This document shows, piece after piece, positions 19,448-30,492 of a DNA stretch of 64,000 nt. This DNA comes from an uncultured Oscillospiraceae bacterium (GTDB lineage: Bacteria > Bacillota > Clostridia > Oscillospirales > Acutalibacteraceae). A program made the position numbers and the translations under genes. The stretch spans positions 15,395 to 79,394 of the forward strand of contig CABRNK010000004.1 in the NCBI GenBank assembly GCA_902472305.1. Direction: 5' to 3'. Every line of letters starts with the position of its first letter. Position 1 is the stretch's first letter. The notes under the pieces were generated by a model that did no database searches, was not told the DNA's origin, and saw only the letters and a program-made list of their open reading frames with translations.

Positions 19448-19801
19448 TTTGGCAATTTACTCGTCCATATTCCCTGCCCGCAGGTGTTTTTCCGCCCGTC
19501 CGCCAGCATCCAGAAAGTAATCGCAATCGGTTTTTAAGCGGCTTAGCAGACAGTAACTTTCTTCTGCAAGCTCTTCTTTTTGGGGAGGTTCCTACACCTT
19601 AGGCGGCGCGGTGAACACCGGCGCGTTCTGGGATAATTTATAAGCATATCGAAATTATCCACATAAAAAGAAGGGATTATCCAAAGATTTTATATATAAA
19701 ATTCGGTATACTAATACCATCAAAAAGAAAAGGGAATGCGTCTGCCGGATTAGGCTGGCAGAGCATCCACGCAAAATCTACGGATGGAGGAGAGAATAGG
19801 C

Positions 19802-20884
19802 ATGAAACAGCGGAAGTTTATTCTGGTTGGAGCCGGTGGCTTCGGAGAATTCTGGGAAGAAATCTTTATTCCCAAGATGAAGGACTTTGCCGTTCCTGTA
19901 GCGGCGGTGGATGTTTCGGAGGAAGTTTTGAAGCTCCCCGTAAAATACGGCACTGTTCCGGCAGAGAAATGCTATACTGATCCCCGCAAGGCTATTGAGG
20001 AAAACCCCTGCGACTTTTTGGTGCTGGTGATTCCGCCTCAGGTACGGATGCAGTACATCGATCTGGCCGTTGAATACGGGCTGGATGTGGTTTGTGAAAA
20101 ACCTCTAGCCGACACCATGGAACATGCCTGCGAAATTTATGTGAAAATGCGGGATGCAGGACTCAAGGTTTCGGTTACGGTAAGTCATCGGATGGAGCAG
20201 AGCAAACAGTCTTTGAACCGGATTTTGGACAGCGGCAAATATGGGCCCATCAACTATCTTGTGGGAAGGCTGACTATGACCCGCAAATATGATCAGGGGA
20301 AAAAGTGGTTTGACAAACCGATCGATCAGCTCATCCGTGGCAACATTTCGGGCGGCCTGATCCACGAGCTGGACACGTTCCGCGGGCTGTCCCGTTCCAA
20401 TGCCAAAAAGGTCTACGCAAAGATGTGGAAATTTAATCCATCGGACAATAGCGCTGGCCCCAGCGCCTTTGCTCTGGTAGAGATGGAAAACGGCGTCCAG
20501 TGCGTGCTGGAACATTCCCATGCCAACGCAACGGAGCTTAACGGCTGGGCGCACGAGTTCTACCGCGCGGAATGTGCTTACGGCACTGTGGTGGTGGACA
20601 AGGAAAAGCTTACCGCCAGTTGTGATTTGGGACATCCTTATCCCACCTACTCCGAGATTCCTCTGGCTCAGCAGGACTTCTGGGATCATGCCTTGATTGT
20701 CCGAGATTTTTGCCATTGGCTGGACGGTGGCAATGAACCCGAAACCTGTATCCGGGACAACATGTACTGCTGCGCTCTGACTTTTGCAGCCATAGAAAGC
20801 GCCCTTACCGGCAGGGAGGTGGATGTCCCCGCGTTTCTGGACCGTTACGCGAAGAAATATGGAATCAATCTGGAAGAAGATTAA
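19802..20884 (+). CDS. Gfo/Idh/MocA family oxidoreductase (ThuB-like)
   Basis: GGAGGAG RBS then ATG MKQRKFILVGAGGFGEF Rossmann N-terminus. Confidence 0.8.
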   Translation: MKQRKFILVGAGGFGEFWEEIFIPKMKDFAVPVAAVDVSEEVLKLPVKYGTVPAEKCYTDPRKAIEENPCDFLVLVIPPQVRMQYIDLAVEYGLDVVCEKPLADTMEHACEIYVKMRDAGLKVSVTVSHRMEQSKQSLNRILDSGKYGPINYLVGRLTMTRKYDQGKKWFDKPIDQLIRGNISGGLIHELDTFRGLSRSNAKKVYAKMWKFNPSDNSAGPSAFALVEMENGVQCVLEHSHANATELNGWAHEFYRAECAYGTVVVDKEKLTASCDLGHPYPTYSEIPLAQQDFWDHALIVRDFCHWLDGGNEPETCIRDNMYCCALTFAAIESALTGREVDVPAFLDRYAKKYGINLEED

Positions 20885-20896
20885 GGAGGAGTAACT

Positions 20897-21859
20897 GTGC
20901 AGCGCTCTGAATCTGTCGTCCCGCCGGCAACTGCCGGAGTAAGGAACAAGAGCAAGGGCTTATGGCAGAAAATAAAGGCTCATAAGACCCTTTACCTCTT
21001 TCTGATGCCCGCCGTTCTGCTGGTGCTGGTTTTTAACTATGTCCCTATGGTGGGCCTAATTATGGCATTTCAGGATTATCGAGCCAATCTGGGCTGGTTT
21101 GGCAGCGAATTTGTGGGTCTGACCCATTTTGTAGAGTTCCTACAGGATCCCACTTTTTGGACGGTGCTAAAAAATACCCTGATTATCTCGATTGCATTGA
21201 CGATTTTTTCATTCCCAGCCCCTATTTTGCTGGCCATTTGTCTCGACAATATTCCAAGGCAGGGATTCAAGCGAGCGGCGCAAACCATCTCTTATTTACC
21301 GCATTTTATCTCCTGGGTGGTTATGGCAGGCTTAGTCTACCGACTGCTGGACACGGATACTGGAATCGTTAACTACATCATCCGTTCTCTGGGCTGCGAC
21401 CCCATTCCCTTTATGCGCACGCCGAGCATGTTTTTGCCCATCGTCATTATTGTGGACATTTTAAAGGAGGTGGGATGGAACTCCATCATTTTTCTGGCGG
21501 CCATCACAAATATCGACTCATCTCTGTATGAGGCAGCTCGTATCGACGGTGCCGGAAAGCTCAAATGCATCTGGTATATCACGCTGCCGGGCATCGGCCC
21601 CACCATCGGCACCATGCTCATCCTCCGGGTGGGCAGCATGGTCAATGTCAATTTTGATATGATCTTCAACCTTAAAAATCCCATGATCGACAGTGTGGCC
21701 AACGTTTTGGGAACCTTCGTTTACGAGCAGGGCATCCTCTGGGGAAAGTTCTCCTACGCTACCGCTGTGGGTATGGTTCAGGGCCTGATTTCGGTTATTC
21801 TGGTTTTCATCACCATGAAGGCTGCCAACAAAGTCTCGGGCGAATCCTATATCGTCTGA
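20897..21859 (+). CDS. sugar ABC transporter permease (LplB-like)
   Basis: AGGAGG then GTG; EAARIDGAGK signature. Confidence 0.8.
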   Translation: MQRSESVVPPATAGVRNKSKGLWQKIKAHKTLYLFLMPAVLLVLVFNYVPMVGLIMAFQDYRANLGWFGSEFVGLTHFVEFLQDPTFWTVLKNTLIISIALTIFSFPAPILLAICLDNIPRQGFKRAAQTISYLPHFISWVVMAGLVYRLLDTDTGIVNYIIRSLGCDPIPFMRTPSMFLPIVIIVDILKEVGWNSIIFLAAITNIDSSLYEAARIDGAGKLKCIWYITLPGIGPTIGTMLILRVGSMVNVNFDMIFNLKNPMIDSVANVLGTFVYEQGILWGKFSYATAVGMVQGLISVILVFITMKAANKVSGESYIV

Positions 21860-21881
21860 CCGGAAAGAAAGGAGGATTTTT

Positions 21882-22766
21882 ATGGCTATTCAGCGCTCCA
21901 GAGCGGAGAGAATCGGCAATGGAGTGTTCTACATTCTGCTTGTCCTGCTCTGTATCGTCACGCTTTACCCCTTCTATTACGTCCTCTGCTATTCGGTCAG
22001 CGAAGGCGCTGAGGCGGCCGCTAAGGTGGTCACTGTATATCCCCGAGGCTTTACTATGGACAATTACGATGCGGTTTTTCGGGATAAAAATCTGGGCAGC
22101 GCCTTTATAGTTTCAGTGCTGCGGACCGTCATCGGCACCGTGGGCACCCTCATTGTCACCAGCATCGCGGCTTATGCTCTGTCTCGAAAAAATCTCCCTG
22201 GCAAGAAGTGGATCATGTGGTTCTTTATGATTACCATGTACTTTAACGCCGGCACCCTGCCCAATTTCGTGGTGATGAGCAAGCTGGGACTTTTGGACAA
22301 TTTCGCGGTCTATATTCTGCCCATGCTCTTCAGCACCTACTACATGATCATCATAAAGTCCTTTTTTGAGCAGATTCCCACTGCGCTGATTGAATCCGCT
22401 GTGCTGGACGGTGCTTCGGAGTTCGTCATCTTTACCAGAATCGTCCTCCCTACCAGCACCGCCGTCATCGCCACCATCGCACTATTTGCTGGCGTGGCCC
22501 AATGGAATGCTTACTTCGACGGTATCCTTTATGTCTCTAATGAGAAGCTGCAGCCTCTGCAGACTTTGATGTACAAGATCCTCAAAAGCGAGCAGGCTTT
22601 CAGCCTTTCCCAAATTGCCAACGCCGCTGAGGGCGCGACCAGAATTACGGCTGAAGGTGTTAAGATGTCTATGCTGATCATCTCTACAGTTCCCATTCTC
22701 TGTGTTTATCCGTTCCTGCAGAAATACTTTGTCAAGGGTATTATGCTGGGGGCGGTTAAGGGCTAA
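21882..22766 (+). CDS. sugar ABC transporter permease (LplC-like)
   Basis: ESAVLDGAS signature; AAAGGAGG RBS. Confidence 0.85.
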   Translation: MAIQRSRAERIGNGVFYILLVLLCIVTLYPFYYVLCYSVSEGAEAAAKVVTVYPRGFTMDNYDAVFRDKNLGSAFIVSVLRTVIGTVGTLIVTSIAAYALSRKNLPGKKWIMWFFMITMYFNAGTLPNFVVMSKLGLLDNFAVYILPMLFSTYYMIIIKSFFEQIPTALIESAVLDGASEFVIFTRIVLPTSTAVIATIALFAGVAQWNAYFDGILYVSNEKLQPLQTLMYKILKSEQAFSLSQIANAAEGATRITAEGVKMSMLIISTVPILCVYPFLQKYFVKGIMLGAVKG

Positions 22767-22795
22767 AAACTTACTAAATCAAAGGAGGATTACAT

Positions 22796-24592
22796 ATGAA
22801 AAAAGCACTCTCTGTTATACTGCTGGCAGTCATGCTGCTGACCGGTTCTCTCACAGGCTGTGGTCAAGATACCGGCACTTCTGGCAACGGAAGCGATAGC
22901 AGCGGGTCAGCCATCGCTTCCGAAACTGCTGACAATAGTGATTTGGAATGGCTGACCTACACGTTTGTGGATGTCCGCAACTCAATCCAACCTGATGGCG
23001 AAAGCGATTTGGACTGCATCACCCCGTATCTGGAGGAGAAGTTCCACATCAAGGCGGAACGGGTGACTTTTGGTGAGGGTGAACCGGTTCAGCAGCGGCT
23101 GAACATGATGATTGCGGCCGGTACCTTGCCTGATGTGATCAATATTTCCAGTCCGGATCTTCCCTGGCTGGTCGGTATGGATGTGCTGCAGCCTCTGGAC
23201 GACTATTTGCAGTATGTGCCTACTATGACAAAATGGATTAACGAGCTGGGCTGGAAGATGATGAGTGTGGATGGCCAGACTTACGGCCTGCCCAACTATG
23301 GCATCCCCAACACGGATGATGCGGACGTCCAGACCCTGATCGATGAGAGCGACAAATTTTATCAGCCCTATTCCTCCGCACCTCTAAAGATCAACGAGAA
23401 AATTTTGGAGCAAGCCGGCTACCGCTTCACCAAGCTTTCTGATATTCAAGCGGCTTGCACGGCCGAGGGCAGGGCTCCCACTTGGGAAGATTTTGCCCTT
23501 GACCCGCCGGTGGAGACCTTTGAAGATTTTGAAAAACTTCTGTACACCATCCATGACACCGTCAAAACCGAATCCGGTGTGGAAGTGACGCCTCTAACGA
23601 TCAACGACTGGGCAATTCTCCATATCCAGAACCTCTTTGGTCCCGCCTCTCAATGGTGGCGTAATCCGGAGACGGGAGAGGTTTCCGGCTATCTGGATCT
23701 GCCTTGGGCCAAGGACACTTACAAAACTCTGGTCAAGTGGATTCACGATGGTATTCTGGATCCCGATTATCTGGTTCAGAAGCAGGAGCAGATACAAGAA
23801 AAAGTGGCTTCCGGGCGCGTTGCCATCTATTACTCGGTTCCCAACAATCTGGCTTGCCGTGAAGCCATGACTGCCGCCAACCCCGGTTATGATTTCCGTC
23901 CTATGCGTTGGCCTACCACCGCTTACGGGGACACCGTCAATTATCAGGGCCACGCAGTGGACGGCATCTATCCCGCTGGCTACGGAAACATGGTCATCAA
24001 CAAAGATTTTGAGGAGCCCCAGCGTCTGTTGGAGTACTTTGAATACCTGTGGAGTGAGGAATTTCTGGAATTGCAGACTTGGGGCACCGAAGAAGCCGGT
24101 CTTTACGAGATTATAGACGGCAAGAAACAGTTTAAGGATGAGGCCCTTTACGAGTCTATCCGTACCGGCACCAAAACTGATGACGGCATCTCTGCCTCTA
24201 CCTATGGTATCTACGACCCCAACAATTATTATAAGTATACTGCTCAGGCGCTCCTTATGGCCCCCATGCACCCCTTCAACTACAAGGATGCCCGGGGCAA
24301 TTACGGCCTGAATGTGGACGCTTACAACTATTTTGAAAAGATGGCGGGTTCCGAGAGCGTTGTTTCTGATGGTTCCGTTCTCTCCGCCGGTTACGATGAT
24401 TTGACCAATACTCCCAGCAACTTCTTTGCCTACGAGTTTAGAAGCAAGGGCATGGCCGAACTGATTGCGACAAATTCCGATGAGGAGTTCGATGCTGTTT
24501 GGGATAAGTGGTACGATGCCTTCCTGACCGAGGGCAAATACACGGAGGTCAAACCTCTGATGGAAGAGTACTACGAGAGCCTGCTGTCCTAA
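22796..24592 (+). CDS. large ABC transporter substrate-binding lipoprotein
   Basis: MKKALSVILLAVMLLTGSLTGCGQD lipobox; 598 aa; AAAGGAGG RBS. Confidence 0.8.
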   Translation: MKKALSVILLAVMLLTGSLTGCGQDTGTSGNGSDSSGSAIASETADNSDLEWLTYTFVDVRNSIQPDGESDLDCITPYLEEKFHIKAERVTFGEGEPVQQRLNMMIAAGTLPDVINISSPDLPWLVGMDVLQPLDDYLQYVPTMTKWINELGWKMMSVDGQTYGLPNYGIPNTDDADVQTLIDESDKFYQPYSSAPLKINEKILEQAGYRFTKLSDIQAACTAEGRAPTWEDFALDPPVETFEDFEKLLYTIHDTVKTESGVEVTPLTINDWAILHIQNLFGPASQWWRNPETGEVSGYLDLPWAKDTYKTLVKWIHDGILDPDYLVQKQEQIQEKVASGRVAIYYSVPNNLACREAMTAANPGYDFRPMRWPTTAYGDTVNYQGHAVDGIYPAGYGNMVINKDFEEPQRLLEYFEYLWSEEFLELQTWGTEEAGLYEIIDGKKQFKDEALYESIRTGTKTDDGISASTYGIYDPNNYYKYTAQALLMAPMHPFNYKDARGNYGLNVDAYNYFEKMAGSESVVSDGSVLSAGYDDLTNTPSNFFAYEFRSKGMAELIATNSDEEFDAVWDKWYDAFLTEGKYTEVKPLMEEYYESLLS

Positions 24593-24636
24593 GCCCGTGT
24601 TGATCTGAAGACTCACTTTATCTAAAGCGTTTGTAT

Positions 24637-24680
24637 TTGTTTCCCGCTGTCGGGCTGCCTTACCGGCGGCGGGAACATTG
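24637..24680 (+). terminator. hairpin ttcccgc...gcgggaa (weak or attenuating, no strong T-run)
   Basis: Inverted repeat read directly. Confidence 0.25.
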
Positions 24681-24762
24681 CTTTAACCCAGAGCGCCTTT
24701 TGTTGCTGGATGGGTTTTATTGACCAAAATGTTTTAATAAATAATCCATATTATATTTTAAC

Positions 24763-24791
24763 TTGACAAATAAAAGCTGATAATTTATAGT
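24763..24791 (+). promoter_or_regulatory. sigma-A-like promoter TTGACA-17-TATAGT upstream of ThuA-like gene
   Basis: Motifs and spacing read directly. Confidence 0.4.
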
Positions 24792-24806
24792 AAGGAGAGA
24801 TATTTT

Positions 24807-25565
24807 ATGGCGAAAATTCGTGTGACTGTTTGGAGCGAAGGCTTGGATCCTGTCAACGAACCCAAGGCCGTAGCGGTTTATCCAGATGATATCAACACGG
24901 TAATCGGCGGTTTCCTTGCGGAAAACGAGGATATGGAAATCACCCTGCATAACATCCGTGAGCCGGAAAATGGCCTGACTCAGGAGACCATAGACAACAC
25001 CAATGTACTGGTCTGGTGGGGACATATGTATCACGATGAGGTCTCCGATAAGGTGGCGGCCCGGGTGGCGGAGGCGGTGCTAAATGGTATGGGGCTGCTG
25101 CTGCTCCACTCCAGTATGGGCGCCAAGCCGGCCAGGGTGCTGTTGGGAAAGTGCAGCAACACCGGGAAGTACCGGGAAATCGGCGAACGGGAGCGCGTCT
25201 GGGTTGTGGATCGCAGCCATCCAGTGGTGGCGGGCCTGGAGAAGGAGTACATTGAGGTGGAAAAGACCGAGATGTATGGCGAGCCCTATGGCATCCCCAA
25301 CCCGGACAACACCGTTTTTATCAGCTGGTTTGAAGGGGGAGAAGTTCTCCGCAGCGGTGTCAGCTGGCACAGAGGGGCAGGTAAGATTTTCTTTTTCGCC
25401 CCCGGTCACGAGGAATATCCCATCTATTACGATGGAGAGATTCAAAAGGTCATTCGCAACTGCGTGCGATGGCTGTGCCCCATTAACAGCCCTAAGACTT
25501 CCTTCCACGGGTGCCTCAATCAGGTAACACCGCTAAGCCCCATCAATCTGAGCGGGAAGGAATAA
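24807..25565 (+). CDS. ThuA-like (trehalose utilisation protein A family, class-I glutamine amidotransferase-like fold)
   Basis: MAKIRVTVWSEGLD..VLVWWGHMYHDEV..GGEVLRSGVSWHRG..FFAPGHEEYPIY family-typical blocks; paralog at 44716. Confidence 0.75.
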   Translation: MAKIRVTVWSEGLDPVNEPKAVAVYPDDINTVIGGFLAENEDMEITLHNIREPENGLTQETIDNTNVLVWWGHMYHDEVSDKVAARVAEAVLNGMGLLLLHSSMGAKPARVLLGKCSNTGKYREIGERERVWVVDRSHPVVAGLEKEYIEVEKTEMYGEPYGIPNPDNTVFISWFEGGEVLRSGVSWHRGAGKIFFFAPGHEEYPIYYDGEIQKVIRNCVRWLCPINSPKTSFHGCLNQVTPLSPINLSGKE

Positions 25566-25635
25566 GCGCCTTTTGATTGATCCGCCGGAGGTTCCCGGCC
25601 GGAACTTCCGGCGGGCGGTTGAAAGGGTGAACCAT

Positions 25636-27453
25636 ATGAAAAAGAAAACCCGGGGAAAGACGATTCAACGAGAGCTGTTTTGGTCCTATTCGGCCTTGAT
25701 CATCCTTGTGCTGACGCTCTGCATTGGTACCTTCTTTGCGGTATTTTTGACGCAAATTGCCCGCAGAATGGAGGAGTACAACCTCAGCCTTTGCTACCGG
25801 CTGGCAATGCAGCTGAACGATGAGGTGGAGCGGATGGACGAGGTGGCTCAGCGGATCATCTTTTCCCCCGAGGTGAAGGAGCTGTTCTGCCAGAAGTTTT
25901 CTTCAGAGCAGGACGAAGAACTCTATGACAATGAGTTAGAGCTGGCAGAACTGCTCAGTACCTTTATAGGCCCCACCTACCGCCTGGCCAGAATCAACCT
26001 CTTTTCCGATGGCGTTCGCTACCTTTCGGTAAAGGGATACGCTTCTGTGCAGGAGCTGCCGCCTCAGGAAATCAGCTGGACGCCCAAAGCCTATGCAGGC
26101 AACCGGATTTTACTGTCTCCTTCCATGAAAGGAGATGGTTTCACTACATTTTCCCTGATTCGGGATTTGGCGCTGCCTGCCTACTTTCAGGAGAACGGTT
26201 ATGTGGAAATTCAGCAGAACTATGCTGTGTTCAGCAGCATCATTGACAACACTCAGGCGGGGTTTACGGCGTTTGAAAATATGAAGAACCGTCCCTCGGT
26301 CTATGTCTTTACAGCTCAGGGTGATTTGGTTTATCCATACGGCGGCGGAGATCAGGCGGAGTATTGTCTGGGTTTAACGCGGGAAATGGCGGAAAATCCC
26401 GACATGGCCCCCAGCCGCCTGCGGATAGAGCCGGGCCATTTGGAATTGTACTCCTGTGTGAAAATGCAAAACACAGATTGGTATGTCGTCATGGTGGACG
26501 GTCAGAGTTTTTTAGACCGTTCCATCACCTTTTACGTCTTTGGGATTCTTATTGGCGGCGCGCTGATGCTGCTTTTGGCTCTTGTGATCTCCTACTGGAT
26601 TTCCAGACGGATCACGAAGCCTATTTCTCAGGTGCACCGGCAGATCCAGTCAATGAATCCCGTGACTTTGGTAACGACAGCGCCGGAGCTTAGCGGAGAA
26701 AATTTCAACGAGATCCAGCAGCTGAACTTTGCCTTCAAGAATCTTTGTGATGAACTGGGCAAGTCTGCCGACGAAGCAGCCACGACCCGTGCCTACCTGC
26801 TTCAGGCCAAGCTGCAGGCTCTGCAGTCTCAGATGAATCCCCACTTTTTGTACAACACCCTTTCGGCCATTGGAATTATGGCAGAGGAAGAGGGGGCCAT
26901 GCAGTCTATGGACATGATTCTTGCTCTTTCCGATATGCTCAATTACGTTTCTGGCGGAGATATGTCGCCGGTGGAACTGCGCACAGAGGTGGAGTATACC
27001 CAGAACTTTCTCTCTCTGCTGAAAATAAGGTTTGAAGATCAGGTCATGGTGAGTATCAGCATCCCCGATCCCCTAATGGAAATCCGGGTCCCCAAATTGA
27101 TTTTGGAGCCGCTGGTAGAAAATTGGTCTAAGTATGGGATGAGCGGAACAGGGCAATCCCGGCTTTCTATTAAAGGTGCCGTTTCGGGCGGCAGGTGGTC
27201 CATTACGGTAACCGACAACGGCCCGGGTTTTTCTCAGGAGATTATGGAGGAACTGACGAGCAAGATGGACGGTGTTGTGCGGGAAGGGAAAATCCCGGAT
27301 CTGCACATTCACAAAATGGGGCTATTGAACATTTTTATACGGCTGCACTATGCCTATGGCAAGGAGTGTATCTTTCAGGTGGAGAACACCCCGCAGGGTA
27401 GCGGACAGGTGACGATTGGAGGGTCTTATCATGTCGATGAATCCGCTCATTGA
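25636..27453 (+). CDS. sensor histidine kinase (YesM-like, His_kinase PF06580-type + HATPase)
   Basis: Two TM helices, NPHFLYNTLSAIGIMAEEE H-box region, C-terminal ATPase G-boxes. Confidence 0.8.
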   Translation: MKKKTRGKTIQRELFWSYSALIILVLTLCIGTFFAVFLTQIARRMEEYNLSLCYRLAMQLNDEVERMDEVAQRIIFSPEVKELFCQKFSSEQDEELYDNELELAELLSTFIGPTYRLARINLFSDGVRYLSVKGYASVQELPPQEISWTPKAYAGNRILLSPSMKGDGFTTFSLIRDLALPAYFQENGYVEIQQNYAVFSSIIDNTQAGFTAFENMKNRPSVYVFTAQGDLVYPYGGGDQAEYCLGLTREMAENPDMAPSRLRIEPGHLELYSCVKMQNTDWYVVMVDGQSFLDRSITFYVFGILIGGALMLLLALVISYWISRRITKPISQVHRQIQSMNPVTLVTTAPELSGENFNEIQQLNFAFKNLCDELGKSADEAATTRAYLLQAKLQALQSQMNPHFLYNTLSAIGIMAEEEGAMQSMDMILALSDMLNYVSGGDMSPVELRTEVEYTQNFLSLLKIRFEDQVMVSISIPDPLMEIRVPKLILEPLVENWSKYGMSGTGQSRLSIKGAVSGGRWSITVTDNGPGFSQEIMEELTSKMDGVVREGKIPDLHIHKMGLLNIFIRLHYAYGKECIFQVENTPQGSGQVTIGGSYHVDESAH

Positions 27454-29032
27454 GTCGTTGGTGGTGGAAGACGAGGCGCTTATGCGCCGGACGGTGATCA
27501 AAAGGCTGGAAGCCTCTCCGGTAGGATTTCAGGTAGTCGGCGAAGCCAAAAACGGTCGGGAAGCGCTGAAACTGATCCGGCTTTTGCAGCCCAAGGTGGT
27601 TTTTAGCGACGTTTATATGCCGGTCATGGACGGTCTGGAACTGGCCCGGATTCTGCAAATGGAATTTCCTGAGATCAGGGTGGTAATCATCAGCGGCCAT
27701 CGAGATTTTGAGTATGCGCAGAAGGCCATCCGCTATGGGGTAGTCAATTATCTGATTAAACCGCTGGAACCGAAGGCTCTGGACGAAGTGCTCACCTCTC
27801 TGCGGGAGAGGATCCTCCGGGAGCAATCCAATCTGGTCCGCCGGGACATTGAGGAGATGCTGAGCGGCGGAGCAGGAAGGGGTGCAGGCCGAAGATTCGG
27901 CTTTTTTCTGGCCTCTCTGGGGTATTCTCTTTCTGCTCCAACCGTAGAGGCATCCATGCGCTTAAAGGGGCTGTGGAGCCAGGTGCTGGGGCAGCTGCCG
28001 GAGGACCCAGACTGGTATGTTTTCAACGGGTCCAGGACAGGAGAAATGTATTTTCTTTGTGAACTGTCCGGTGTGAACACTGAGACACGGATGGAAAGGC
28101 TGGCAAAACAGCTTTTCGAAAGCCTTCTGTCACTGTCAGACGGCCATCCCGTCAACCTTTGCGCGCCCCATGGAGGGGTGACGGAGGAAAACCTCTTTCC
28201 CGTTCGGCAACAGTGCAGCCGGCTTTTGCTGGAGCAACAGAGGATTGGGCCGGGGGCGATTTTCTGGCTGCAGGAGAGTTCGGAGGAAACCGGCAGCCAC
28301 GATACACTGCTGACCATGCAGCAGATGAATGTTATCAAAACTTTGGCCAGCTACCGCAACGGTACAGCGCTCTGCCGGGAACTGGAAAAACTGCTGACCG
28401 AATGGGATGCCATGGGATGCCGGCAGAGCGCCTTTGAAAACACACTGGGTTCTGTGCTCTGGATGATTGCCAACAGTCTGTCCGGCTGCTCGGAGCAAAA
28501 GGTGTGGCACGCCAAGAGTACCATACTTTCCCATTTGGCCCTCTCCGCCCGGCTTGTCGACGTGATTCCCACAGTTGAGAGTGCTGTGAAGGATATGATG
28601 CTCTCGGAAGATGCTGTTGCCGGCGATAGTAGCAATCTGGGACAGATGATTGAAACATATATTCAGGATCACTTTACCGAGCAGTTCAGCATGGATACCC
28701 TGGCCAGTCACTTCGGTTTTAATTTGTCCTATTTGACCCGCATCTTTAAAAATTACAAGCAGGAATCCCCGCTGAAATACTTGATCTCGTTGCGAATGAA
28801 CCGCGCTCTGGAGCTGATGCGTCAGTACCCGGAGATGGATATCAAGAGTATTGGGGAAGCGGTGGGGTATGACGACCAGCATTATTTCAGCCGAGTATTC
28901 AAAAATGCCATGGGGATGAGCCCTATAAAATATCGAGAGGCGTTAACCAAGGGGGAAGAGATCACCGCCAGCTCCGCCGTTGGACTGGAAGTGCTGTTCC
29001 CGGCCGGAACTTCGCCGGATCATATTCCGTAA
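27431..29032 (+). CDS. response regulator, REC + AraC-type HTH (YesN-like)
   Basis: GGAGGG RBS. N-terminal receiver VVEDEALMRR...VFSDVYMPVMDG. C-terminal AraC HTH ...YFSRVFKNAMGMSPIKYR. Confidence 0.8.
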   Translation: MSMNPLIESLVVEDEALMRRTVIKRLEASPVGFQVVGEAKNGREALKLIRLLQPKVVFSDVYMPVMDGLELARILQMEFPEIRVVIISGHRDFEYAQKAIRYGVVNYLIKPLEPKALDEVLTSLRERILREQSNLVRRDIEEMLSGGAGRGAGRRFGFFLASLGYSLSAPTVEASMRLKGLWSQVLGQLPEDPDWYVFNGSRTGEMYFLCELSGVNTETRMERLAKQLFESLLSLSDGHPVNLCAPHGGVTEENLFPVRQQCSRLLLEQQRIGPGAIFWLQESSEETGSHDTLLTMQQMNVIKTLASYRNGTALCRELEKLLTEWDAMGCRQSAFENTLGSVLWMIANSLSGCSEQKVWHAKSTILSHLALSARLVDVIPTVESAVKDMMLSEDAVAGDSSNLGQMIETYIQDHFTEQFSMDTLASHFGFNLSYLTRIFKNYKQESPLKYLISLRMNRALELMRQYPEMDIKSIGEAVGYDDQHYFSRVFKNAMGMSPIKYREALTKGEEITASSAVGLEVLFPAGTSPDHIP

Positions 29033-29111
29033 TGGTTAGGGGGCCCGCTTATGGATGGGGGAATGCTTCTAACACAAGCGGGCCTGCCTATTTACAGTTA
29101 GGAGTACAACT

Positions 29112-30296
29112 ATGCAAAAAAACGATTCCAGAATGGTTTATGCCTACTTTTCCATCCTTTACTTTTTGAATATGTCCTCCCGGGCGCTGTTTACCCCCTT
29201 TTTTACGGTGTACCTTCAGGAAAAGGGGCTGGACGTTTCAGAGATTGGAACCGTCATGTCGATAAATTCGATTATCATCATTCTCTCTCAGCCATTTTGG
29301 GGGATGATTGCGGATCGGGTCGGATCTTCCAGAAAAGTGCTGGCCTGCTGCTTCCTCTTTCAGGCGGCGGTAGTGTTCAGCTTTAATCTGGTTCACACCG
29401 CCCTGCTGGTGGCGGTGACTTTCTTCCTGAGCACGTTCTGTTCCTCGCCGGAGGGCCCGCTGATGGACACATGGGTGCTAGGAAATATGAAAGCCTCCGG
29501 CAATGCCAAAGGGGTGGGAAAGCTAAAATTTTGGGGCTGCGCCGGTTACGCCCTCTTCAGTCCGTTGGGCGGCGCGCTGATTCAGAGATATTCCACCGGC
29601 AGGGTGACGCCGATCTTTGCGGTTTTGCTTTTGCTGCTGGGACTGTTCATCTGGTTTTTGGGCTGGGACGAACCCAAAAGCGCACAAGAGAATAGCCGTG
29701 TTCAGCTGGGACGAATCCTTCGGGATGCGCCGCTGCTGATTTTTTTGGCCTATTTAGTGGTGATGCAGGTCCCGCACAGGGCCGCCTACACGTTTTATCC
29801 TCTGCTAATTGAGGATTTGGGCGGCGATCAGACTATGATCGGCTACACCAGTTCGGTGATGTTTATCTCCGAAGCGGTGATGATGTTCCTCTCCACATAC
29901 TTTTTGAAAAAACTCAAGCCCATTCACATCGTGCTGCTTTCTTCCTGCTTTTTTGCCCTCTGGCAATTCCTGTACAGCGGCATGACGGAGGCCTGGCAGG
30001 TGGCCGCGGCAGCTGTGCTGGACGGCCCGGCTTTCGCTTTCCTCTCCTTGGGTATCCTCTATTATGTGGACGAGATAGCCCCGCCTCAGCTGCGCAGCAC
30101 CTATCAGACCTTGATCTATTCCTTCTATTTTGGCTTGAGCGGCATCATCGGCAACGTCTGGGGCGGCTGGGCTGTGGAGAACATCGGTTACCAGCCAATG
30201 TATCTGGCAGGGGGATGCTTGGTGCTGGTTTCCACCTTGCTGTTCTCCCTATACAGCAGGCGGCAGAGCCAGAAGAAGGGCCTTAATCACACATAG
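29112..30296 (+). CDS. MFS transporter
   Basis: 12 predicted TM segments; 394 aa. Confidence 0.7.
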   Translation: MQKNDSRMVYAYFSILYFLNMSSRALFTPFFTVYLQEKGLDVSEIGTVMSINSIIIILSQPFWGMIADRVGSSRKVLACCFLFQAAVVFSFNLVHTALLVAVTFFLSTFCSSPEGPLMDTWVLGNMKASGNAKGVGKLKFWGCAGYALFSPLGGALIQRYSTGRVTPIFAVLLLLLGLFIWFLGWDEPKSAQENSRVQLGRILRDAPLLIFLAYLVVMQVPHRAAYTFYPLLIEDLGGDQTMIGYTSSVMFISEAVMMFLSTYFLKKLKPIHIVLLSSCFFALWQFLYSGMTEAWQVAAAAVLDGPAFAFLSLGILYYVDEIAPPQLRSTYQTLIYSFYFGLSGIIGNVWGGWAVENIGYQPMYLAGGCLVLVSTLLFSLYSRRQSQKKGLNHT

Positions 30297-30492
30297 GACG
30301 CGGGAGAGCCCCCTCAGCTTTCTCCCTCCAATCCTGCCGCGGGCCTGTTGAACCGCGGGGCGTGATAGAGCGGGCGGACAGGATTCCGCGTGAAATGAGT
30401 TCCAATCCCTGAAAAGGGGAACAGGATAAGAACAATTTCTGCTGATTGCAGGTATGAAAAGCAATGGCTTAAAACATAAAGGAGGACCGACT